The translations under genes and the position numbers were made by a program. Source: Rebecca billardiae RCC1528 (taxonomy: Eukaryota > Protista > Haptophyta). From it: 64,000 nucleotides of DNA. The notes below the pieces were generated by a model. It was not told where the DNA came from. It saw only the letters and a list, made by a program, of their open reading frames with translations, and searched no databases. The stretch is taken from assembly GCA_965240325.2 (NCBI GenBank), contig OZ251224.1:806001-870000 (forward strand), given 5' to 3'. This document shows positions 1 through 10,561 of this stretch, one piece after another. Position 1 is the stretch's first letter. Every line of letters begins with the position of its first letter.

Positions 1-2421
1 ATCGAGACGAGCGAGCGCGAGGGCGGCGCGGGCGTCGATCTCGACGGTTCCGTTGCGGATGGCGTCTTCGTCGGGGTGATCGCGCTCGTGGACAACGACG
101 AGGTGCCCGCGCTGGAGGGCGCTTGGCTGTGCACGCGCGCCGCGCCCTGCTCGACGCTGCCGCCCGCCGTGCCCGTGCACGCGGTGCGCGACTACTTCGG
201 CGAGAAGTACGCGCTCTACTTCGAGTACCAGCGGCTATACACCGTCTTCCTCGCCTGGCTCTCCGTTGCCGCGCTGCTCGCCACCGCCGTGCAGATCACG
301 CTCGCGCTCGTGCCAGCCGACGGCACCTTCCACCTCGAGGCTGCGCTCGGCTCGCCGCTGTTTGGCCCGTACTGCCTCGTGCTCGCGGCGTGGGGCACGC
401 TGCTCGGCGAGATGTGGAAGCGGCGGCAGTCCGAGCTGGCATTCCTCTGGGGCACCACCGACTTCGAGGAGGAGGAGCCCTCGACCGCGCGCTTCGTGCG
501 CTCGGCCGGGGTCGGTCTCGCGCGCGGGCAGTACACGCCGTCCGGCCAGTTTGTGAGCCTGGCCGATTTGGACTCGGCCGAGTACGTGCCGCACTTCGCC
601 GAGTCGGAGCAGCGCAGGCGCGCGCTCGCCTCCGCGGCGAGCGTGATCCTGCTCATGGGCTTCATCGTCGCGGTGACCCTCGCGATCGCCGCCATCAAGA
701 TCATCCTGCAGCGCACGTGCTGCACGGAGTGGGGCGCGGTGTACGGCGCGATTCTCAACTCGGCCTTCATCGCGATGATGGGGTACATCTGGGAGCCGTT
801 CGCGCGCTGGGTGAACGACCTGGAGATGCACCGCACGAGGACGGCGTACGAGGACCACCTCATCCTCAAGACCTTCGCCTTCCAGTTCGTCAACAACTAC
901 GCGTCGCTCTACTACATCGCGCTGGTGCAGGGCACGCGCGCGCCGCTGCTCGGGCTGCGCCACGGCGGTGAGCTCGTTCGCGACGAGTGCCCGCGGGGCG
1001 ACGACGGCGAGCCGTCGTGCATGCGCGCCTTCTTCATCCAGCTGGTCACGCTCGTGCTGATGCGCCAGGTGTGGCGGCAGGTCCTGGTCTTCGCGCGCTA
1101 CGCCATTCTGCCGCGCGCGAGCGCCGCGCTCCGACGACGCCGCACCGCCGAGGCAGCCGCCGTGGCCGACGGCGCCGACACCGACGAGGTGACGCGCCAC
1201 TGCGCTCAGCAGCTCGAGCTCCCCGAGCACGGCGGCACCGCGGAGGAGTACGCCGAGATGATCATCCAGTTCGGCTACGTGTCGCTCTTCTCGAGCGTCT
1301 TCCCCTTCGCCGCGTGCCTTTGCCTCGCGACCAACGTGCTCGAGATGCAGACAGACGCGCGCAAGCTCCTGCGGCTGTGCCGAAGGCCGCGCTACCTGGG
1401 CGCAGAGGACATCGGAGTCTTCATGCCGATCCTCTCGTTCCTCTCGTACGCGTCGGTGGTGACGAACGCGCTGCTCGCGTACCTGCTCTCCGAGACGGTC
1501 GTCACAGACATCTTCCCGCACGTGAGCGGCGCGCGGCGCCTCGCCATCATCGTGGGCGCGGAGCACGTGATGCTCGGGCTCAAGCTCGTCCTCGCGCACC
1601 TCGTGCCCGACGCGCCGCGCTGGGTGGTGCACGCGCAGGCGCGGCGCGCGTACGCGCTGCAGCTGCGCGAGGAGCGCGCGTCGGCGGGCGCGTACGCGCA
1701 GATGCGCGCGAGCCAGGCGGAGGCCGACTTCGCCACCGGCGCCGCCATGGGCCCTGGCGGCTCCGCCAAGCACGCCCAGGCGCGCGGCGGCGCGGAGGAC
1801 TTGGAGACCGAGTTTGACGACGACAGCCCAGAGGCGTGGCGGCACTTCCTCGAGGACCCGTTCGATGGTCTCACGCCGCTCGACGAGGACGAGGCGGCGG
1901 GGCTGCTGCGCGATGAGTGGCTCTCGGGCACGCCGCCGCTCGCCCAGCAGGACGAGGCCGTCCCCACGCACGTGGCCAGCAGCGCCGTGCGCGAGCGGCG
2001 GCGGCTGGTCGCGCTGCACGCGCACGCCGGGTTCGCTGACGGGGAGGACGCGCGCGGCCCGCGCCGTCGCGGCGCTCGGCCCGGGCAGTGGGCCGGTGGC
2101 ATGAGCGGCGGTGGTGGACCGCCGTTCGACGATTTCCTCTACGATGACGAGGACTACTTTCGCAGGCACGACGACGTCGATGCAGCGGATGATGCCGACG
2201 CGCACTCAGCTGTGGAGCCCTCAGCCTGCGGCAACAGCGGGCTGGCGGCAGCGGTCGCAGGGATCAGCCCTGCCGAAGACGGTGACGACGACGATGACCA
2301 CGATCTGCGTCGACGCCGGCACCAACCGGTTGGCGTGGAGGCGGGAGGCTACGACTCGGCTGCTGCCATCAATCCGGCACGCAACGTTCGGCTGGACGCC
2401 ACTCGGCAGCTGCGCGTGTGA
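1..2421 (+). CDS. Anoctamin/TMEM16 family Ca2+-activated chloride channel or scramblase (5' end lies upstream of the window)
   Basis: Frame is open from base 1. Motifs: VRDYFGEKYALYF, WKRRQSELAFLWG, E.HRT...YEDHLILK.FAFQFVNNY.SLYYIA, EYAEMIIQFGYVSLFS..FP, NVLE..TDA.KL...RRP, AEDIG, EH. Multiple TM segments. Confidence 0.93.
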   Translation: METSEREGGAGVDLDGSVADGVFVGVIALVDNDEVPALEGAWLCTRAAPCSTLPPAVPVHAVRDYFGEKYALYFEYQRLYTVFLAWLSVAALLATAVQITLALVPADGTFHLEAALGSPLFGPYCLVLAAWGTLLGEMWKRRQSELAFLWGTTDFEEEEPSTARFVRSAGVGLARGQYTPSGQFVSLADLDSAEYVPHFAESEQRRRALASAASVILLMGFIVAVTLAIAAIKIILQRTCCTEWGAVYGAILNSAFIAMMGYIWEPFARWVNDLEMHRTRTAYEDHLILKTFAFQFVNNYASLYYIALVQGTRAPLLGLRHGGELVRDECPRGDDGEPSCMRAFFIQLVTLVLMRQVWRQVLVFARYAILPRASAALRRRRTAEAAAVADGADTDEVTRHCAQQLELPEHGGTAEEYAEMIIQFGYVSLFSSVFPFAACLCLATNVLEMQTDARKLLRLCRRPRYLGAEDIGVFMPILSFLSYASVVTNALLAYLLSETVVTDIFPHVSGARRLAIIVGAEHVMLGLKLVLAHLVPDAPRWVVHAQARRAYALQLREERASAGAYAQMRASQAEADFATGAAMGPGGSAKHAQARGGAEDLETEFDDDSPEAWRHFLEDPFDGLTPLDEDEAAGLLRDEWLSGTPPLAQQDEAVPTHVASSAVRERRRLVALHAHAGFADGEDARGPRRRGARPGQWAGGMSGGGGPPFDDFLYDDEDYFRRHDDVDAADDADAHSAVEPSACGNSGLAAAVAGISPAEDGDDDDDHDLRRRRHQPVGVEAGGYDSAAAINPARNVRLDATRQLRV

Positions 2422-3946
2422 ACCCTCGCCGGCGGGCCCGCCCTCCCGCCGACCGTGCGCGTCACCGAGTCACCGGGTCACTGCTCAGCCAGTCACCGTC
2501 AACGACGTTTATTCGACGGTCCTTGGGCCTTGTCACTCGTACGGTTGTCACCGATGCTAAGATTCTATGCGCCGCAGCATCAGATCATCACTACTATCGA
2601 TATAGACAATATTTGGTTAATATTTGAATTATGGCGCACGGCCCCCCCCCGAAAGGTCTGAGCGTGAGCGAAAGCCGGGGGGGGGGCGGCGCACGTGCTC
2701 CGCAAAATCAAAAAGAGGATGCGCGCAGGATTTTGGGGATTTTTGTGGGTGGCCTTACCGTACGTATGAGTGGATTTCGCTGCCAATGATTGCGTTTGTA
2801 GTAGATGCTAATTTTAACGATAGTAACACTTAGGGGAATGCCGGGTGGAATAGCATATAACACCAGCCGTGTGTTCGAACATTCCGTCATAGTAAGATGC
2901 TTGAATTGTAAGAGCCTGAAACAGCTCGCCAACCATAGAAAAGAGAGGTTGAGTCAGATTTTATGTCGCTTGAAGTAAAGAATTATTATGCCGGCATCTG
3001 AAGTCATGATTCATGAACCGTCGCTTCTCAGTGGCGGATATCATCAGGTTAAGGCCGTTAACTCGTTAAGCCCCTTGTTAAAAGCCCCTTGATTACCCTT
3101 GATTCATACACGGGTAATATCTTTTAAAGCCGGAAGGCGCTCAAAATACCCAAGTGGGTGCGCACTGGGTGCCGGGTGGCCCGCGAAGTAAAGTACAGTT
3201 TACTATTATTAACGTGCACACTTGGTTAACATTTTATCGGTGACTAGAATCAAGAGATCTTCAACTGAAACGTGATTTGGACGTCGAAGAGGCACGCACG
3301 GCCCAAGGCCGAAGAGGCACGGCTCGTTGCTTGCGGTTGGCAATGCGGGGTGCTGCACTGCACAGGCGCGGTGCGACGGGGAGCATTCCTTCTCCCGGGC
3401 GGCCACCACGGCCTCGGAGGTGGTGAGGAACGCGTCGGCGACCACGGCGTGGACCACCTCCGTCGCGCCGGACACCCCGGTCGCCCCTCACCGGACTCCA
3501 CCCTCGCCGCGCGCTGACCGTTTGCCGGTCGAGCCGTGCTTGCTGTGCTGCCTGCGCGGCCCGGCGCGTGCCCCCGCGTGGTGCCACAAGGCGGGTGCAG
3601 ACGTGGCGGCGCGGTGGTGCGTGCGATCGGGGGACCCCACCTGAACTACGACACGGCTGCGCGCGCTCATCCGTGCTCATCACGGTGGTGGACGCGCGAC
3701 TCGACGCGCGCATCGAGCGCGGCAGGCCGGCACGGCTCGGCTCGGCAGCCTGCTCGAGGCGCGAAGGCGCGCACCGCGCGCTGCCCGTGGGCGCGACGAG
3801 ATGGTGCATCATCGCGCTACTTGCCATCTTCCTCTCGCCACGCCTTCGACACGATGGCTGCGACTGCTGCTCGGAGGCGCGCTCCGGGGGGCTCACGCAC
3901 GCGTTCAGAATTCGAGCTCGGCGGTGACCGCGTGGACGAGGGGCAG

Positions 3947-4409
3947 CGCGGTGCACGGTGGCGGAGCGCGTGCGGAGCGCAGCCTACACCTACTACACGC
4001 TCCATCCAGACACATCGCGCATGCTCGCGCGACCTCCTCGGTCCATCACGCGCGCGTGCGCGCGCGAGCAGGTTTCGGCAGCTGCCGGGCGCGAGCGAGC
4101 ACGGCGCGCCGCGTTGGCGCGCGCGCACCGATACCCGTGCGCAGCTCGACGAGCGAGCGCGGTGTGTTTCGACGCGTATGGAGAGACGCGGTGCATCGGG
4201 GTGGAGCGCGTGCGGAGCGCAGCCTACACCTACTACACGCTCCATCCAGACACATCGCGCATGCTCGCGCGACCTCCTCGGTCCATCACGCGCCCGTGCG
4301 CGCGCGACGGCAGGTGTGCACTCAGTGCAGCCGCCGGGCGCGAGCACGGCGCGCCGCGTTGGCGCGCGCGCACCGATACCCGTGCGCAGCTCGACGAGCG
4401 AGCGCGGTG
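3947..4409 (+). repeat. Imperfect tandem duplication, ~240 bp period
   Basis: The block ggagcgcgtgcggagcgcagcctacacctactacacgctccatccagacac... occurs at ~3964 and ~4204. The block gagcacggcgcgccgcgttggc...gagcgcggtg also occurs twice. Confidence 0.9.
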
Positions 4410-4663
4410 GGGTTCGATGCCGCCGACCACCTCTGGCTCGGTCGCGCTCACGAGGCTGGTCGCGGGCCTAATCGTGCCGTGTATTGGCTGCCTGCTCGGT
4501 CATTGGTGAACTCGCGACGCTGACTACAAGTACAACCGCGAGTACGGTTACACGTATTCTGGTAGGCATGCTGTGATTGTGAGTTTATGCAACTGTGATA
4601 TTCTGTACATAGGGCCGTGCGCCCTCAACTTCGTTGTTCACTACCCGAAGATCGGCGTAGCCG

Positions 4664-4666
<3 letters not shown>

Positions 4667-4746
<80 letters not shown>
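4667..4746. repeat. (AT)n microsatellite, ~40 units
   Basis: Direct reading. Confidence 0.98.
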
Positions 4747-4749
<3 letters not shown>

Positions 4750-5409
4750 TCGGCTGATGTCGATCATCATCGGCAAATAAGTAATAATCATCATGACGAT
4801 GATGTCGATCATCATCGACGGCCGAGTACTACGGCGTCGAGTATACGGTGTAATACTCTGTACTACGGTTGCCCGCGTACTCGGCGTAGTGCGGACCGCG
4901 GCGCGGCCGGCGCGCGGCCCGCGGCTGGGCGGCTGCCGGCGCTGCCGCGGCCGCGGTCCCGCCGCCCAACCGCCCGGGCCGGCGGCCGGCGCGCCCGCCG
5001 CGCCCGGTGCCGCCCGCCCGGCGGCTCAGCCCGAACGCGCTGCCCAACGTGATGGTCGTGATCATGATGCGGCGCCCGCGCCGCACGCGGCACGGCCTGA
5101 CGTGCTCGTGGAAGACGGCGGTCACGGCGGAAGTCGCAGTGGAGAATTTGAGCCTCGCGTCCGAAGGCGGGCGAAGCTGCTAGACGACTGCCGCCTAATC
5201 TCTGACTCATGGGCTCTAGCCGTTGCGACTGCGGGGCCTGCAGCCTGGTGTTCCAGTCTCAGCAGTGCCCCCGAGCCGCCCGACCGTCGTCGACAGACAG
5301 ACCGTCGTCGTCGATGTCCATGGTGCCACGTCGACTGCGGCAGCAGACGCAGCAGTTGCCAGAATCAGAGTGGGCCTGAGACTGTCATCTCGGACACCAC
5401 CGCCACTAG

Positions 5410-6957
5410 TTACGCCGTACAGCCGGGAGCGCGTAGGCGTGGCACATGCGTGACCAGCTTCGGCGTGGTCTCGTTGGCGACGCCAGTGATGCGATCTGGA
5501 GTCATGGGATCGGGGACGGGCCAGGCTGTGCTTGCGCCGTGGCCAACTCCGCCAAGCGCGACGGACTGCCGCTCGCCGCATGAGTACACGCCACCGCTCG
5601 CCGTCACAAACAGCGTGTGCTTGGGGCCAACGACGACAGCCATCACACGCTCATGGGCGAGAGCGACCACGCGGGCCGGTAGCGCGTGCACGCCCTTCCC
5701 CCCGAGGCCCAGCTGTCCACTCCAGTTGATCCCGAAAGTGTGCACGCTGCCGTTCGCGTCCACCACCGCGCTGACATTATCGCCTGCCGTTGCGCGAATG
5801 GCGCGCACGCCAGCCAGCGCCTTGACGGGCTTGGGCACGTTCGTGAAGGTGTCCAGACCGTGCCCAAGACAGCGTACTCCTGAGCCTGTGGAGTACACGC
5901 CGCCCGCAGCGTCTACCACGAGGCTATGCCGACCGCCGCCGCTCACGTACACAGCGCGCACGCCCGCGAGCGCCTCGATGCGCCTGGGCGCGTGCTGATG
6001 CTGCTGGTCGCCGTGCCCGAGCGCGCCTCCCCAGCCATTTCCGCACGAATAGACGACGCCGGCGGTCGAGAGCAGTAGCGTGTGCTGACGCCCTGCTGCA
6101 ATGGCCCCCACGCGCACGTCGTCCAGCGTCTCTACGCGCTGCGGCTGCTGCCGCGCCTCCGTGTCACCATGACCGAGCTGGCCCCAGAGGTTTGCCCCCC
6201 AGCTGTATGCACACCCAGCAGCGCTGAGCGCGATGCTGTGGCCGCCACCAGCGGCTATGCCCACCATGGCCTCGCCCGGGGTGAACAGGACCAGCTGGAA
6301 CGACCTGCGCGCTCCCGTGCCCCCCGCCCCCGGCTGGCGCCACGGATGCCTGCCGCACTCGTACACGGCCCCGTTGTCGGCGAGGGCGAGCACGTGCCCC
6401 CCGCCCCCAGCCACGGCGCACACGCGGACTGCTGAGAGCGCGGCGACACGCGCCGGCTGCACGGCGCTGCTGGTCGAGTGATGGCCCCCAGCAGTAGGCG
6501 GGCCAACGTCGCCGGTTCCGATGCCATGCGCGTGGCGCACCGCCTCCTCGCCGCAGGTGTGCAACCCGCCTGCCGCGTCCACAAACGCGCTGACCCGCCC
6601 CGCGAGGCCTTCAGCCGCGGCTACGACGTGCGTGTGCGCTCGTGCGAGCTCGAGCACACGCTCGCACACGAGCAGCTCGACAGTCCACGTGGACGCCGCT
6701 GGCAACACCGTCGGTAGCGCGCACTCGTGCCCACGCATCCGCACGCGCTCGCGCAGCACGCTCTCGATCGGTGAGCGGCCTCCCGGCGCGCCGCGGAACA
6801 GGCGTGTGGTTGCATTCGCGGCGGCGAGATCTCTCGCCTCGAGGTACGTGAGCACATGCTCGACCAATTCGGCCGGAAGGTCGGCTAGCAGCCGCTCCGC
6901 TGAGGCAGCGCGAGCCGCGAGCGCACTTCCCGTGGTGGGCGTCGGCCGGAAAACCAT
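5410..6957 (-). CDS. F-box protein with RCC1/UVR8-like repeats
   Basis: N-terminal LADLPAELVEHVLTYLEARDL (F-box). Repeats of the type IAAGGGHSIAL...YSWGANLWGQLGHGD and GRQHTLL...YSCGNG..GALGHGD. Confidence 0.85.
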   Translation of the reverse strand: MVFRPTPTTGSALAARAASAERLLADLPAELVEHVLTYLEARDLAAANATTRLFRGAPGGRSPIESVLRERVRMRGHECALPTVLPAASTWTVELLVCERVLELARAHTHVVAAAEGLAGRVSAFVDAAGGLHTCGEEAVRHAHGIGTGDVGPPTAGGHHSTSSAVQPARVAALSAVRVCAVAGGGGHVLALADNGAVYECGRHPWRQPGAGGTGARRSFQLVLFTPGEAMVGIAAGGGHSIALSAAGCAYSWGANLWGQLGHGDTEARQQPQRVETLDDVRVGAIAAGRQHTLLLSTAGVVYSCGNGWGGALGHGDQQHQHAPRRIEALAGVRAVYVSGGGRHSLVVDAAGGVYSTGSGVRCLGHGLDTFTNVPKPVKALAGVRAIRATAGDNVSAVVDANGSVHTFGINWSGQLGLGGKGVHALPARVVALAHERVMAVVVGPKHTLFVTASGGVYSCGERQSVALGGVGHGASTAWPVPDPMTPDRITGVANETTPKLVTHVPRLRAPGCTA

Positions 6958-6970
6958 GATTGACCGCGTG

Positions 6971-7249
6971 GATCATCCAAGGGGTCTTACAAATAACCCA
7001 CTGGGGAGGAAGCCCCCAGTGCGAGCTTGGACCCATGCTCTGTACCCTGGGGTTTTAGAGTCCGGTGTTTTTGCAGGCTTCAGCGGTACTTTTCTCGCTG
7101 AAACGCCTATTCTGGGCGATCTCCGGACAAAAAGCCACAGTGGCCAGCCTTCCAAAACACCGGACACTCGAACCCCAGGGTACGGAGCATGGGTCCAGTT
7201 GGCAGTTGCCTTCCTCCCCAGTGGATTTTTAAAGTCTCCTTGGATCATC
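6971..7249. repeat. Long imperfect inverted repeat (foldback/MITE-like), arms ~105-110 bp, spacer ~66 bp
   Basis: 6971-7079 (gatcatccaagg...ccactggggaggaag...tggacccatgctctgtaccctggggtt...gtccggtgtttt..aggct) aligns with the reverse complement of 7146-7249. Confidence 0.9.
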
Positions 7250-7689
7250 TCCCTTTTCAATCTCTTCATCCTCTTTCTTCTCCCGCCCTGGTCCGGCTCG
7301 GTCCGGCCACCGCTCCGGCTGGGGGAGTGGGGGCCGCTCACCGGACCAGGTCGGCTGGAGAGCTGCTGGTGAGCAGTTTCGGAGTATCCATAGCAAGGGG
7401 GTTCAATTCCAAGTAGTAGATTATTGGTGAGCATGCGCTCGGCCCTGGCTCGGCAAGATTACTACTCAAGTATGGGGGTACAGTTTACTATGATTTAACG
7501 TGCACACTTAGCAGTACCAAGCCCCTTGACAGTACTAGCAAAATAATATGAACTATGAAAAATCAGATGCTCAACTCAAAGGAATCAAGGGGGGTCAACT
7601 CGCGCCTCAAGCCCTCAACGGCCGCCGCATTCTTCCCGACCAGCGCATCGGTCGCTTGCCGTTTGCGTGCCCATCCTCCTCACCTCCCC

Positions 7690-10351
7690 ATGCGACCCCG
7701 CGGCATCACCGTCGTCGCGCTCGCCGCCTTGGCTGCGGCCCCGGCGACGTGCTTTGAGTTCGTCATGGGCGGCTGCGGCGGCCCTGCCTGCGCCATCCTC
7801 GACACGGGCGAGACCAAGTGCTGGGGCACTGGCACGCACGGACGGACCGGCCACGAGGACACCGAGACGCGAGGCGACGACCCCGGCGAGATGGGCAACA
7901 ACCTGCCGACGATCGACCTGGGCACGGGGCGCACGGTGAGCCAGATCTACTCGACGATGGAAGACAGCGCCTGCGCGCTCCTCGACAACGGCGACTTCAA
8001 GTGCTGGGGCAAGGGGCAATACGGCCGTCTCGGGCTCGGCGACGCCGTCAACCGAGGCGACTTGCCGGGCACGATGGGCGACAAGCTGCCGGCCATCGAG
8101 CTACCGTCGGGCACGGCCATCGTGAAGGCGGCCGTCGGTGAAGACTCTCGCTGCCTCCTTCTCGACGACACCACCACCCGGTGCTTCGGCCGAGCCAACT
8201 GGCTCGGCCTTGGCCTGGGCTCAACCGCGCAGAGCGTCGGCGATGACCCGGGCGAGATGGGCAACAACCTGATGGCCATCGACTTCGGGGCGGGGCGGTA
8301 CGCCGTGGACATATTCGCGGGCTCGGACGCGTACTGTGTCATCCTCGACAACCAGGCCCTCAAGTGCTGGGGCGACAACCCGAAAGGCAATCTCGGCTAC
8401 GACGACAAGAAGGACCGCGGCGCGGGTCCGCAGACTGGGTGCGACGACTGTCATCTCATGGGCGACAAGCTCCCGGCCGTCAACCTCGGGACCAGCGAGC
8501 TGGTGCGGACAATGGAGCTCTCTCAGCAGCACACCTGCGCGATCTTCGACAACGGCGGTCTCAAGTGTTGGGGGAGCAACTGCGCCGGCGAGCTCGGCTA
8601 CGAGGACACGCTCGATCGCGGCGACGGCGACGAGGACGCGCTGCCCAACCTGATGGGCGACAAGCTGCCGTTCGTGAATTTGGGGACGGGCAGGACGGCC
8701 GCCGCGGTGAGCCTTGCGGCGCCCAGCTGTGGCACCACGTGCGTGCTGCGCGACGACGGCTCCTACGTGTGCTGGGGCGACAACCCCTACAGCCTGGTCA
8801 TGGACGGTACGACCGTCGACTACGGCGAGGAGGCTGGGACGATGGGCGACAACCTCAAGCCCATCTACCTGGGCAGGCACCCGGACGACCCGGCCAACCG
8901 CAACCGGACGGTCTGCAAGTTCGAGATGGGCGAGGAGACGAACTGCCTGCTCCTCGACGACTGCACCTTCACGTGCATCGGCTACTGGCCGCACCTCGCC
9001 CAGGGCGACGATGAGAGCCGCGGCGACGAGCCGGGCGAGCTCGGCGACGGCCTGCTGCCCATCGACCTGGGCGACGGCGCCCTCAGCAAGTGCTTGGCGG
9101 GTACGGAGACGTGCTACCTCACGACGGCGGCAGTGCCGCCGCCCAGCCCACCGACCCCGCCCAGGCCGCCGCCCAGCCCGCCGCCCGAGCCGACGCCGCC
9201 GCCGAGCCCGCCGCCAACCCCGCCGCCAACCCCGCCGCCAAATCCACCGCCACCACCCCCGCCGCCACCCAGCCCGCCGCCCAGCCCGCCGCCCAGCCCT
9301 CCGCCGCCGCCGAGCCCACCGCCGAGCCCGCCGCCTCCGCTGGAGCCGCTGCCGCCCCCATCCCCTACGCCGCCACCGAGCCCGCCGGCGCCACCCCCGA
9401 TGCCGCCGCCCTCACCTCCGCCGTCGCCGCCGCCCTCGTCGCCACCAAGTCCGCCACCATCGCCGCCGCCAAGTCCGCCGCCATCGCCGCCGCCATCGCC
9501 GCCCCCATCGCCGCCACCGCCGCCAAGTCCGCCGCCATCGCCGCCGCCATCGCCGCCGCCATCGCCGCCGCCGCCATCGCCGCCGCCATCGCCGCCGCCA
9601 TCGCCGCCGCCATCGCCGCCGCCATCGCCGCCGCCATCGCCGCCGCCATCGCCGCCGCCATCGCCGCCGCCGAGTCCGCCGCCATCGCCACCGCCATCGC
9701 CGCCGCCAGCGCCGCCGCCGCCATCGCCGCCGCCATCGCCGCCGCCGCCAACCCCACCACCATCGCCACCGCCGCCACCATCGCCATCGCCGCCACCGCC
9801 GTCTCCACCTCCAAGCCCGCCACCCAACCCACCGCCGAGCCCACCGCCACCTCCTCCACCGCCAAGCCCACCGCCAAGCCCGCCCTCGCCGCCGCCGAGT
9901 CCACCGCCGCCCGCGCCGCCGCCAAGCCCGCCGAGCCCGACGCCGCCGCCGCCGTCGCCGCCGCCCCCTAGCCCGCCGCCGTCCCCGCCGCCGCCGCCGC
10001 CGCCGTCGCCGTCACCTCCTCCGCCGCCGCCGAGCTCGCCACCGCCACCGCGATCGCCTTCGCCGCCACCAAGCCCGCCACCACCGCCGCCACCGCCAGC
10101 TCCACCGCCGAGCCCGCCGCCGCCGCCACCACCACCGCCGTCCCCTCCGCCCTCCCCGCCACCCGCGACGCCACCCGCCCCGCCGACTCCACCGTCGAAT
10201 CCTCCATCGCCGCCAACGCCGCCGCCGAGCCCGCCGCCGCCGTCGCCGCCGCCGTCTCCCTCGCCCGAGACTGCGTCTCCACCGCCGCCCTCGCCCTCGC
10301 CGCCTCCGCCGAGCCCGCCACCGTCGTACGACGAGCCGCCCAACCCCCCGA

Positions 10352-10382
<31 letters not shown>

Positions 10383-10530
10383 ACCCACTCCACCACCAGT
10401 GCCGCCGCCAAGCCCGCCGCCGCCACCGGCGCCGCCGTCGCCGCCGCCGAGCCCGCCGCCACCGCCATCGCCGCCGACGCCGCCGCCAAGCCCGCCGCCG
10501 CCACCGACGCCGCCTTCGCCGCCACCGAGC

Positions 10531-10561
<31 letters not shown>

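Noticed and set aside
2641-2690. C-run/G-run hairpin similar to the 40763 palindrome
   Set aside because: Only the homopolymers pair, and no CTRR or other end signal follows.
3209-3956. Possible minus-strand gene fragments
   Set aside because: Short ORFs in different frames, with no motif and no convincing exon chain.
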